NCBI GenBank assembly: GCA_045545235.1
Contig: JAZQAN010000064.1
Location: 7,698 to 71,697 of the forward strand
Direction of reading: 5' to 3'
Source of the DNA: Clostridia bacterium
Lineage (GTDB): Bacteria; Bacillota; Clostridia; Monoglobales; Firm-18
Length of the DNA: 64,000 bases
A model generated the notes under the pieces. The model was not told the DNA's origin. It saw only the letters and a program-made list of their open reading frames with translations, and made no database searches. Position 1 is the first letter of the stretch. Every line of letters begins with the position of its first letter. Shown here piece after piece: positions 9,242 through 17,713 of this stretch. A program made the translations under genes and the position numbers.

Positions 9242-11062
9242 ATGACTATTGAAGAATCTGTTAAAAATTTACCGGATAATCCCGGTGTTTATATAATGTA
9301 TAATGGTGATAATGAAATTATCTACGTTGGAAAAGCCAAAAACTTAAAAAACAGGGTATCATCTTATTTTCGCAAAAATTCTTCACATACACCCAAAGTT
9401 TCTGCAATGGTTGGAAATGTTGCAAAGTTTGAATATATCATCGTAGCTAATGAATTTGAGGCTCTCGTACTTGAATGTAATCTTATTAAACAGCATCAAC
9501 CATATTATAATATTTTACTAAAAGATGATAAAACTTATCCTTATATTAAAATCACCGTAAATGAACCATATCCGAGAATTATGCTTGCTCGCAGGGTTTT
9601 AAAAGATAACGCACAGTATTTTGGTCCATATCTTAGCTCTAAAGTTGTTAATGAAACGATTGATATGGTTAAGGAAATTTTTAATATACGATCATGTAAT
9701 CGTGTTTTGCCGAGAGATATAGGAAAAGTAAGACCTTGTCTTAATTTTCAAATAGGAAAATGCTCTGCTCCCTGTAACAATAATATAACTCAAGAGGAAT
9801 ATAGAGAACAAATTTATAAAATACTTGGTTTTTTAAACGGTAATCATAATGAAGTTATAAAATTACTTGAGAATTATATGCACGATGCAGCTGTTAACCT
9901 AAAATTTGAAAAAGCAGCTAAAATAAGAGATAAAATTGAAAATATAAAAACTATAAAAGAAAAACAAAAAATTACTTCAACTACTCTTGGAAATAAGGAT
10001 GTTGTTTCAATTGTTGATATCGGTATGTTTGTATGTGTTATGATGCTTAAAATCCGGGAAGGTAAAATAATAAACAAAGACCATTTTGTAATAAATAACA
10101 AAGATAAAGATACAAAGGAAACTATATTAAATAGCTTTATTAAGCAATATTATTCACTTACAGATTTTATTCCAAATAAAATTTTTATTCAATATGAAAT
10201 AGATGATATTGAATTGATTGAACAGTGGCTTTCTGAAAAGTGTGGTAATAAAATTACGGTATCTGTACCGATACGAGGTGAAAATGCACAACTTATTAAA
10301 ATGGCAGAAAAAAACGGAATAGAACTTCTGAAACTTCATATTTTAAAAGTTGACACCGGAAAAAAGAAAATTAATGATTTAATATATCAGATTAAAACAG
10401 TTTTTGGGCTTCAAGAGTTACCACACAGAATTGAATCTTATGATATCTCAAATATTTCCGGTGTGGATAGTGTAGGTGTTTGTGTTGTGTATGAAAATGG
10501 TATACCTAAAAAATCAGATTACAGACTATTTAATATAAAATCAGTTGATGGTGCCGATGATTATGAAAGTATACGAGAAACCTTGTACAGACGACTCGAA
10601 AATGGTGTTGAAAGTGTTGAAGGCTTTTCTTTGCCTGATCTTATTCTAATCGACGGAGGAAAGGGTCATGTTAAAGCTGCAAAAGAAATAGTTGATTTTT
10701 ATAAACTTGATATTCCTGTTTTTGGTATTGTTAAAGATGATAATCACAGAACTCGCGGAGTTACTACTGAAAATGAGGAAATATATATAAAAAGAACCGA
10801 TATGATTTTTAAATTTTTAACGCAGGTTCAGGATGAAACTCACAGATTTGCGATTAAGTCATTTCATAAAAAGCATAAAAATACAGTTTTAAAATCAGAA
10901 CTTACTAATATAGCAGGTGTTGGCGAGTCAAAAAAGAATAAACTGCTAAAAACATTTAAATCTGTCAATGAAATAAAGAAAGCGGATATTGAAGAACTAG
11001 CAAAGGTTGTTGACAGAAAAACAGCATGTAATATATATGAATATTTTAATACACAAAATTGA
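9242..11062 (+). CDS. uvrC: Excinuclease ABC subunit C
   Basis: GIY-YIG motif (GVYIMYNGDNEIIYVGKAKNLKNRVSSYF), a UVR domain, an endonuclease domain and a C-terminal HhH. The start was moved to ATG 9242, downstream of the ptsH terminator. Confidence 0.9.
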   Translation: MTIEESVKNLPDNPGVYIMYNGDNEIIYVGKAKNLKNRVSSYFRKNSSHTPKVSAMVGNVAKFEYIIVANEFEALVLECNLIKQHQPYYNILLKDDKTYPYIKITVNEPYPRIMLARRVLKDNAQYFGPYLSSKVVNETIDMVKEIFNIRSCNRVLPRDIGKVRPCLNFQIGKCSAPCNNNITQEEYREQIYKILGFLNGNHNEVIKLLENYMHDAAVNLKFEKAAKIRDKIENIKTIKEKQKITSTTLGNKDVVSIVDIGMFVCVMMLKIREGKIINKDHFVINNKDKDTKETILNSFIKQYYSLTDFIPNKIFIQYEIDDIELIEQWLSEKCGNKITVSVPIRGENAQLIKMAEKNGIELLKLHILKVDTGKKKINDLIYQIKTVFGLQELPHRIESYDISNISGVDSVGVCVVYENGIPKKSDYRLFNIKSVDGADDYESIRETLYRRLENGVESVEGFSLPDLILIDGGKGHVKAAKEIVDFYKLDIPVFGIVKDDNHRTRGVTTENEEIYIKRTDMIFKFLTQVQDETHRFAIKSFHKKHKNTVLKSELTNIAGVGESKKNKLLKTFKSVNEIKKADIEELAKVVDRKTACNIYEYFNTQN

Positions 11063-11118
11063 CACTTTTGTCTTTTTGTGTTAAAATATGTTTAAGTTTT
11101 TTAAAAGAGGTTGATTTT

Positions 11119-11751
11119 TTGCAATTTTTAATTCAAAAATTAATGACAGTGCCTATACTGATTATAAGTTTAACACTTCATGAAATATCCCATGGTTTTG
11201 CTGCATTTCTTATGGGGGATAAAACAGCCAAATATAATGGTAGATTATCGTTTAATCCATTAAAACATATTGATTGGTTTGGCTTTCTGATGTTGCTAAT
11301 TGCAGGTATAGGGTGGGCTAAACCGGTTCCGGTAGATATGTTCAGGTTTAAAGATCCTAAAAAGGGTATGGCAATTACTGCTTTGGCAGGACCTTTAATG
11401 AATGTGATTCTGGTTTTTGTTTCCTTGATTTTATATGCTTTAGGTGTTGTATATGAATGGAATAGTTATTTGAAAATGTTTTTGTTTATTTCCGCTCAAT
11501 ATAATGCAATAATTGCAATGTTTAATTTACTTCCGATACCGCCTTTAGATGGTTCAAAAATCTTATTATCTTTTTTACCTGACAGATATTACTATAAGGT
11601 ATTGGCATATGAACATTATGGTATGATTTTAATAATTATACTTTCTTTCACAAATATGACATCTAAACTTATAAGTACAGGTGTAGATAATTTAGTTAAT
11701 AAATTATGGAATTTAGTTATTAAATTACTTATGTTAGTAGGAGTGGCTTGA
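11119..11751 (+). CDS. Site-2 protease family zinc metalloprotease (membrane)
   Basis: HExxH motif (LHEISHG) inside a TM helix, with a polytopic membrane profile. The start is uncertain: TTG 11119 lies 8 nt after AAGAGG, and ATG 11143 is an alternative. Confidence 0.75.
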   Translation: MQFLIQKLMTVPILIISLTLHEISHGFAAFLMGDKTAKYNGRLSFNPLKHIDWFGFLMLLIAGIGWAKPVPVDMFRFKDPKKGMAITALAGPLMNVILVFVSLILYALGVVYEWNSYLKMFLFISAQYNAIIAMFNLLPIPPLDGSKILLSFLPDRYYYKVLAYEHYGMILIIILSFTNMTSKLISTGVDNLVNKLWNLVIKLLMLVGVA

Positions 11752-12512
11752 TGAAGCAGATAGCTTTTAAATTGCAAATCTTTGAAGGTCCTTTAGATTT
11801 GCTTATGCATCTTATAAATAAAAATAAAGTTAGTATATATGATATACCTATTTCTGAAATTACTGAACAATATCTTGATTATATAGAAGAAATGGATCAT
11901 TACGATATTGAAGTTTCAAGTGAGTTTTTGGTACTTGCGGCAAATCTCTTGTATATTAAATCTAAAATGATTTTACCAAAAGATGACGAAGAGGGCGAAG
12001 AGGAAGATCCAAGACTTGAACTTACACAACGTTTGGAAGAATATAAAAAAATGAAGATGGCTGCGGATTACCTGCGTGAAAAGGAATTTTCCGGAGGTTT
12101 TTCGTTCTTCAAACAAAGAGATTATATTCAACCTATTCTTATAGACGAAAGTTTAAAACTTGTTACGTTAGAAAGTCTTAAGGAATCTGCAGAAAATGTT
12201 GTTTATCTAATAGATAGAAAAAAGCCTGTTTCAATAAATAAATTTTCGGGTATTGTTGGCCGTGATCCTATACCTGTATTTACAAAGGTAAAAGAATTTG
12301 TAAAAAGATTTATTTTTAATAAAAAAATCAAATTTAAGGATATGTTTAGAAATATAAGAAGCCGTGATGAGGCTGTTGCTTCATTTCTTGCTGTTCTTGA
12401 ACTCATGAAAATGAATAAAATAACCGTTGGAACCGAGGAAGAGGGTTACGAAATAACATATGTTGGTAAGGGTGAAATAGATGAAAATGAATTTGAGCAT
12501 ACCGAGTATTGA
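11748..12512 (+). CDS. scpA: Segregation and condensation protein A
   Basis: N-terminal FEGPLDLLMHLI motif. It is followed by scpB. Confidence 0.9.
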   Translation: MMKQIAFKLQIFEGPLDLLMHLINKNKVSIYDIPISEITEQYLDYIEEMDHYDIEVSSEFLVLAANLLYIKSKMILPKDDEEGEEEDPRLELTQRLEEYKKMKMAADYLREKEFSGGFSFFKQRDYIQPILIDESLKLVTLESLKESAENVVYLIDRKKPVSINKFSGIVGRDPIPVFTKVKEFVKRFIFNKKIKFKDMFRNIRSRDEAVASFLAVLELMKMNKITVGTEEEGYEITYVGKGEIDENEFEHTEY

Positions 12513-13041
12513 GTCCATAATAGAAGCTTGTTTATTTGCTTCAGGAGAGGCATTACACATTGAAAAACTAAGCGAAATTACTAAAGTTGAAGTGGAGCAA
12601 CTAAGAGAATTGCTTAAAAATATGATGGACAAGTATAATTATGATAAACGTGGGGTAAAAATAATAAGATTAGGTGATAAATATCAGATGGCAACACGCG
12701 GTGAATATGCGGAATATGTACAAAAGATTGTCGAACCTAAAAAGAAAAATCCATTGTCAAAGGCTACAATGGAAGTATTGGCTATTATAGCATATAAACA
12801 ACCTATAACAAGAGCTTCTATTGAACATGTTCGCGGTGTAAACTGTGATAACTCTGTCAGCAGATTATTGGAACTTGGACTTATTGAGGTTGTTGGTAGA
12901 GTTGATGCTCCGGGCAGACCTTCTCTTTTAGGAACTACTGATGAATTTTTACGTACTTTTGCAATTTCCGGATTGGAAGAACTTATGCCTGTTGATAATT
13001 TTGTTATTGAAGAAGTAGAATTACCTGAACAGCAAGGATGA
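12481..13041 (+). CDS. scpB: Segregation and condensation protein B
   Basis: IEACLFASGEAL motif and tandem winged-helix architecture. It overlaps the end of scpA. Confidence 0.9.
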   Translation: MKMNLSIPSIESIIEACLFASGEALHIEKLSEITKVEVEQLRELLKNMMDKYNYDKRGVKIIRLGDKYQMATRGEYAEYVQKIVEPKKKNPLSKATMEVLAIIAYKQPITRASIEHVRGVNCDNSVSRLLELGLIEVVGRVDAPGRPSLLGTTDEFLRTFAISGLEELMPVDNFVIEEVELPEQQG

Positions 13042-13045
13042 TTTT

Positions 13046-13639
13046 ATGAATGTTTTTATAATTGTTGTGAGTTGTATTGTTTTTTCCCTTTTGCTTTTTT
13101 GTTTGTTTTTTTTATGTGGTAAATTGAAATTTAAAGTTGTTGTTGAAAATAAGATAACAATTGTATATTTGTGGAATTTAAAAGTGTATGATTCCACTTC
13201 AAAAAAAACAAAATTGCACAATAAAACTCTGAATGAGAAAAATTTTGAAAGTAAATACAAAAAAATAAAGAATACTATTAATTTTTTTAGAAAATTGTTA
13301 GATGATAAACATGATGATTTTATTTATATTTTAAAGTATATTAATAAAACATTAGATATCAGGATAATAAATTTATCATTAGATTATGGTTTTGGAAATG
13401 CAGCTATAACCGGTATAACAGGTGGGATTATATGGGGGTTAATTTCAAATGTATGTTGTATTATTCATAAATATGCAGATAATATAAAGGAAATTATGAA
13501 TATTGCAGTTAAGCCCCATTATACAGAACAGGTTTTAGAATATAAAATTGATATCGTTTTTTATGTAAGAATAAACAATTTCGTTAAAGCGCTAAAGCAT
13601 GTAAAAAGATTTAAAAACACATTGGAAGGTGGAATTTAA
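13046..13639 (+). CDS. DUF2953 (YtfI-like) sporulation-associated membrane protein
   Basis: N-terminal TM and a GFGNAAITGITGGIIWG motif. It sits immediately upstream of ytfJ/gerW, as in the Bacillus ytfIJ arrangement. Confidence 0.6.
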   Translation: MNVFIIVVSCIVFSLLLFCLFFLCGKLKFKVVVENKITIVYLWNLKVYDSTSKKTKLHNKTLNEKNFESKYKKIKNTINFFRKLLDDKHDDFIYILKYINKTLDIRIINLSLDYGFGNAAITGITGGIIWGLISNVCCIIHKYADNIKEIMNIAVKPHYTEQVLEYKIDIVFYVRINNFVKALKHVKRFKNTLEGGI

Positions 13640-13641
13640 TT

Positions 13642-14022
13642 ATGGCACAGTTTGAATTAGAGGGTTTGTTTTCGGCATCAATGGATGGATTAAAAGGAAT
13701 GGTAGATACAAATACGGTTATAGGAAAGCCAATAGAAACATCTGATGGTACAACAATTATACCTATTACAAAAGTATCCTTTGGATACGGTATGGGAGGT
13801 TGGAATTACGATTCTTCCAAAACAACCTCTGAAAATAAAAATGATGGTATTACAGCAGGTGCAGGTGGTGGTGTTACTGTTGAACCTGTCGGTTTTTTAG
13901 TTGTGTCAGATGGTAATGTTAAGGTTGTTAATGTTGACACAACTTCACCTTTTGAAAAATTGTGTGATATTTTACCACCTGCGTTAGATTCAATTGCAAG
14001 TATTTTTAAAAAAGATGAATAA
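13642..14022 (+). CDS. ytfJ: Spore protein GerW/YtfJ
   Basis: IGKPIETSDGTTIIPITKVSFGYGMGG and GAGGGVTVEPVGFLVV are typical of the YtfJ family. Confidence 0.85.
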   Translation: MAQFELEGLFSASMDGLKGMVDTNTVIGKPIETSDGTTIIPITKVSFGYGMGGWNYDSSKTTSENKNDGITAGAGGGVTVEPVGFLVVSDGNVKVVNVDTTSPFEKLCDILPPALDSIASIFKKDE

Positions 14023-14026
14023 AGTT

Positions 14027-14054
14027 AAAGGATTCAATTTTGAATCCTTTTTTC
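14027..14054 (+). terminator. Rho-independent terminator
   Basis: Stem AAAGGATTCA/TGAATCCTTT with a 4-nt loop and a T-tract. Confidence 0.8.
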
Positions 14055-14148
14055 ATAAGATTTCTAAAATAACTGATGATTATTTTATATAATTTTATTA
14101 TTTTTAGTATTATAATTATTTTATAATACTATTGAATAGGAGAAACCT

Positions 14149-15399
14149 ATGAACAACCATATTACAAAACAGCAGAAAGAATTTCTTGAATGGGAATTTG
14201 GAGTATTTTTTCATTTTGGAATAAGAACTTTTTATGAAGGACATAAGGATTGGGATATGAAACCTATGGATGTGTCAGGCTTTAATCCTACAAATCTTGA
14301 TTGTAACCAATGGATAAGAACTATAAAAAAAGCAGGTGCCAAATATGCAATATTAGTTTGTAAACACCATGACGGGTTTGCAAACTGGCCTTCAAAGTAT
14401 ACGGAATATTCTGTTGCCAACACTCCGTGGAAAGATGGTAGGGGAGATGTGGTTGACGAATTTGTAAAGGCGTGCCGCAAATATGATATGAAAATAGGAC
14501 TTTACTATTCACCAGCACAGTTTGGTGTAAGTTCTCACAACAATGATAAAGTTGACGCCAATGAATACTGTACATATTTTATTAATCAACTAGGTGAATT
14601 ACTTACGAACTATGGCAAAATAGATTATATATGGTTTGATGGTTGTGGTAGTGAAGGAATTGACTATGACAAAAACAGAATAGTTGATGCAATAAGAAGT
14701 ATGCAACCCGAAATACTTATATTCAATATGTGGGATCCTGATACAAGATGGATAGGTAACGAAAATGGTTATACACCCTTGCCTCATTATAATTATGCCA
14801 CCAAGCTTAATTTTTCTATTTTGACAAATAAACTTGACGATGTTACACTTGGTGGTAACAGACCGTTTTTACCTGCAGAATGTGATTTTAAGATGCGTCA
14901 AAGTGCTTGGTTTCACAGTAAATATAATGAACACACTCGAAAGAGTCTTGATGAACTTTTAGGTATATATTATTATTCAGTTGGCAGAGGTAGTAATTTT
15001 CTTATAAATATTGGCCCTGATGAAGGTGGAATATTACCTAAGGCTGATTGTGATTTACTTCTTGCTTTTGGCGAAGAAATAAAAAGAAGGTTTTCAAATC
15101 CTGTTGAACCCGATAAAATAGAATATCTTGAAAATGAAATTCACTTTTATTTTAAAGATAGAGAAGTTATAAATACGGTTGTTATGATGGAAAATTTGGA
15201 AATAAATGATGTGATTGATAATTATTCCATCGGTATATATACTCATTTTCACGAACAAATGATAGATGTATATTATGGTAAAACAGTTGGGCATAAAGCT
15301 ATTTGTGAGTTTCCGCATGTTACAACAAATGAGTTTGTTATTAAAGTTAATAAAGCGGCAAGTAATATTGTTGATGTGAAATTTTATAATACAAAATAA
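14149..15399 (+). CDS. Alpha-L-fucosidase (GH29)
   Basis: The KHHDGFANWPS motif and overall GH29-like sequence. SD AGGAGAA lies upstream. Confidence 0.8.
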   Translation: MNNHITKQQKEFLEWEFGVFFHFGIRTFYEGHKDWDMKPMDVSGFNPTNLDCNQWIRTIKKAGAKYAILVCKHHDGFANWPSKYTEYSVANTPWKDGRGDVVDEFVKACRKYDMKIGLYYSPAQFGVSSHNNDKVDANEYCTYFINQLGELLTNYGKIDYIWFDGCGSEGIDYDKNRIVDAIRSMQPEILIFNMWDPDTRWIGNENGYTPLPHYNYATKLNFSILTNKLDDVTLGGNRPFLPAECDFKMRQSAWFHSKYNEHTRKSLDELLGIYYYSVGRGSNFLINIGPDEGGILPKADCDLLLAFGEEIKRRFSNPVEPDKIEYLENEIHFYFKDREVINTVVMMENLEINDVIDNYSIGIYTHFHEQMIDVYYGKTVGHKAICEFPHVTTNEFVIKVNKAASNIVDVKFYNTK

Positions 15400-15407
15400 T
15401 TATTAAT

Positions 15408-15440
15408 ACCGTCTTTTTTTGTTGACAAAAAAAGACGGTT
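15408..15440 (+). terminator. Rho-independent terminator of the fucosidase gene
   Basis: 13-bp stem ACCGTCTTTTTTT/AAAAAAAGACGGT with loop GTTGAC. Confidence 0.75.
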
Positions 15441-15644
15441 ATATTATTATATTTATTGTGACGTATATTATTTAAAAAATATTATATGATTCGACAACTT
15501 GAATTGAGAGTTTCTTTTATGTAATGACACAAAAAATCGGAACATTGTGATAACATAATAAACCAACTGCAAGCTGTAACTATGGTTTTGCATCTCATGT
15601 TATAGTTTGGTTAAATAAATTTTTGAAAAATTAAGGAGACTAAA

Positions 15645-15938
15645 ATGACTGGAAAACAAAGAGCGTATTTAAGAGGTTTGGCAAATACTATTGATGCCAA
15701 ATATCAGATTGGTAAAAATGGTGTTGATGAAAACACGATAACTATGATAGATGAAGCTTTGGAAGCAAATGAACTTATAAAGGTAAAAGTTCTTGAAAAT
15801 TCAATGCTCGATGTCAGAGAAACTTGTGGCGAAATATGCGAAAAAACAAATGCACATCCCGTGCAGTGTATTGGGAGTAAATTTGTTATTTATCGCGAAT
15901 CAAAGGATAATAAAACGATTATTGTACCAAAAAAATAA
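15645..15938 (+). CDS. yhbY: YhbY/CRS1-type RNA-binding protein (ribosome assembly)
   Basis: LRGLANTIDAKYQIGKNGV and LIKVKVL motifs, about 97 aa. SD AAGGAGA lies upstream. Confidence 0.85.
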   Translation: MTGKQRAYLRGLANTIDAKYQIGKNGVDENTITMIDEALEANELIKVKVLENSMLDVRETCGEICEKTNAHPVQCIGSKFVIYRESKDNKTIIVPKK

Positions 15939-15971
15939 TTTTTCTAAAAAAACAAAATATTATTTTGATAT

Positions 15972-16029
15972 AAAAAACTCCTGTGTTGAGGTATACTATA
16001 AGTATATACTATTAATAGAGGAGTTTTTT
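15972..16029 (+). terminator. Terminator-like hairpin whose 3' arm contains the SD of the next gene
   Basis: Arms AAAAAACTCCT and AGGAGTTTTTT with a 36-nt loop, followed by a T-tract. The ATG of the downstream GH gene starts at 16031. Confidence 0.5.
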
Positions 16030-16030
16030 T

Positions 16031-17446
16031 ATGGAAAGATTGATTAAAGTTGGATGTTTAAAGAAAAAACTATCTAAGGATATTAAAAATTCTAAACTTG
16101 GTATTGGTTTTGAAAAATTAGACAGAAATGTTTTTGACCCTGAAAAAGCATATGACAAAGTTGGTGAACTTGGAGTTAAATGGGTGCGTATTCAATCAGG
16201 ATGGCAACGTACAGAAATTGAAAAGGGTGTATATGATTTTGAATGGCTTGATAAAATTGTAGATAATTTGATTTCACGTGGCTTGAAACCTTGGATGTGT
16301 TTGTGTTATGGTAATAAACTATACAGTGAAGATGCTGCAAAGGTTTTTGGTGCAGTAGGTATACCACCGATTTTTGATGAAGAATCTAAAAATGCATGGA
16401 ATAATTACGTTGAGGTAACTGTTGAAAGATACAAAGGTAAAATTGATTTATTTGAAGTTTGGAATGAACCTGACGGTAAAACATTCTGGAAACACGGTCA
16501 TAATGGAACTGAATATGGTGAATTTGTTGTTCGTACAGCAAAAGCTGTAAAAAAAGTTAATCCCGACGCAAAGCTTGTTGCAGGTGCAATGTACCGCAAA
16601 AATTTTGAATTTTTGACTGAAGCTATGGAAACCGGAATGTATAAGTATTTGGATTATGTGTCATATCACCAATATACTCATGATGAAACAGATGTTGTTC
16701 CTTATGTTAAAGTATTAAGAGCACTTTGTAAATCATATAACAAGAATATTGAGATTATACAGGGAGAATCCGGAGCTCAATCACGAAGTGGTGGTAACGG
16801 TGCGTTAAAAGCAGGAGCATGGACACCTGAAAAACAGGCGAAAGAACTTTTAAGACATGCTGTTGCAGATTTTATTGCAGGTGTTGAATTTACATCATAT
16901 TTTTCTTGTATAGATATGGTTGAGGCTATGAGGGGCGTTGTTGGTGATGTTAAAACATACCTTGATTACGGATATTTTGGCGTTTTGGGTGCCGATTTTG
17001 ATGAAGAAGGACATTCAGTTGGTACATACACACCTAAAAAGTCCTATGGGGCATTACAGGCTCTTTCATCTATGTTTGCAGAAGATTTTGAAAGTTGCGA
17101 AATAGCCGTTTTCCGTAAACAAATGGAATCAACACGACTATTTGGTATGGATTGCCATGATGCAACAATTACCGAACAGGGATTTTCAAAGCCTGACGGT
17201 TCAAAAGCTTATGTATATTGGAATGCAACTAATATTATGACTACTGATTTCGAATCTACAATTACAGTGGATATTGCAAATTTGGGTAATGATATAAAAA
17301 TTGTAGATTTAATGGATGGTTCAGTCTATAAGTTACCTGAAGATATGATTGAGGATTTGGGACATAACGTGTACAGATTAAAAAATATTCCTATTAAAGA
17401 TTATCCTATGGCAATTACTTTTAATGGATTTGAAGATATGGAATAA
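16031..17446 (+). CDS. Glycoside hydrolase, clan GH-A TIM barrel (GH39/GH5-like)
   Basis: The acid/base motif FEVWNEPD, a candidate nucleophile in IIQGESG, and no signal peptide. The exact family is not resolvable by eye. Confidence 0.55.
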   Translation: MERLIKVGCLKKKLSKDIKNSKLGIGFEKLDRNVFDPEKAYDKVGELGVKWVRIQSGWQRTEIEKGVYDFEWLDKIVDNLISRGLKPWMCLCYGNKLYSEDAAKVFGAVGIPPIFDEESKNAWNNYVEVTVERYKGKIDLFEVWNEPDGKTFWKHGHNGTEYGEFVVRTAKAVKKVNPDAKLVAGAMYRKNFEFLTEAMETGMYKYLDYVSYHQYTHDETDVVPYVKVLRALCKSYNKNIEIIQGESGAQSRSGGNGALKAGAWTPEKQAKELLRHAVADFIAGVEFTSYFSCIDMVEAMRGVVGDVKTYLDYGYFGVLGADFDEEGHSVGTYTPKKSYGALQALSSMFAEDFESCEIAVFRKQMESTRLFGMDCHDATITEQGFSKPDGSKAYVYWNATNIMTTDFESTITVDIANLGNDIKIVDLMDGSVYKLPEDMIEDLGHNVYRLKNIPIKDYPMAITFNGFEDME

Positions 17447-17537
17447 AATTTGTTTTGAAAATTTTGAATAAAATTTCGTTAATTGTAAATTATAATGTGT
17501 GTAAGGCAATTAAATAAAAAAGGAAGAGTGATTACAC

Positions 17538-17660
17538 ATGAATAACGAAAACAGACAGAACAACAATCAAAACAAAAATGAACAGAACAAGCAAAACAAC
17601 AATCAGAACAAAAATGAACAGAACAGAAATGAGCAGAAGAAGGATAATAAAAACTTCTAA
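17538..17660 (+). CDS. Putative 40-aa N/Q-rich hydrophilic micro-protein (not in ORF track)
   Basis: Translates as MNNENRQNNNQNKNEQNKQNNNQNKNEQNRNEQKKDNKNF. A purine-rich AGGAAGAGTG lies upstream and a strong terminator starts 15 nt downstream. It contains two tandem 36-nt repeats. Confidence 0.4.
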   Translation: MNNENRQNNNQNKNEQNKQNNNQNKNEQNRNEQKKDNKNF

Positions 17661-17674
17661 TTTTAATTGATTGA

Positions 17675-17709
17675 AAAATGGTACGAACTGACAAGGTTCG
17701 TACCATTTT
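17675..17709. terminator. Bidirectional rho-independent terminator
   Basis: 14-bp stem AAAATGGTACGAAC/GTTCGTACCATTTT flanked by A- and T-tracts. It lies between the convergent micro-ORF and the Gfo/Idh/MocA gene. Confidence 0.85.
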
Positions 17710-17713
17710 TGAC

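Noticed and set aside
15793-16047. 84-aa plus-strand ORF spanning the yhbY 3' end, its terminator and the GH start; also 33771..34106 spanning the YgjP-like gene end and the gatB end
   Set aside because: Both are out-of-frame overlaps with well-supported genes that run through terminator hairpins. They have no SD.
17556-17627. Tandem 36-nt repeats considered as a CRISPR or minisatellite
   Set aside because: There are only two copies, directly abutting with no spacers, in frame within a micro-ORF. This is not CRISPR architecture. No CRISPR array or cas gene occurs anywhere in the window.
17479-17706. 75-aa Cys/Phe-rich minus-strand ORF
   Set aside because: It starts inside the bidirectional terminator hairpin and is the antisense of the N/Q repeat. 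Its odd composition (HFCS/DCC repeats) is a by-product of the AAC/CAG-rich plus strand.
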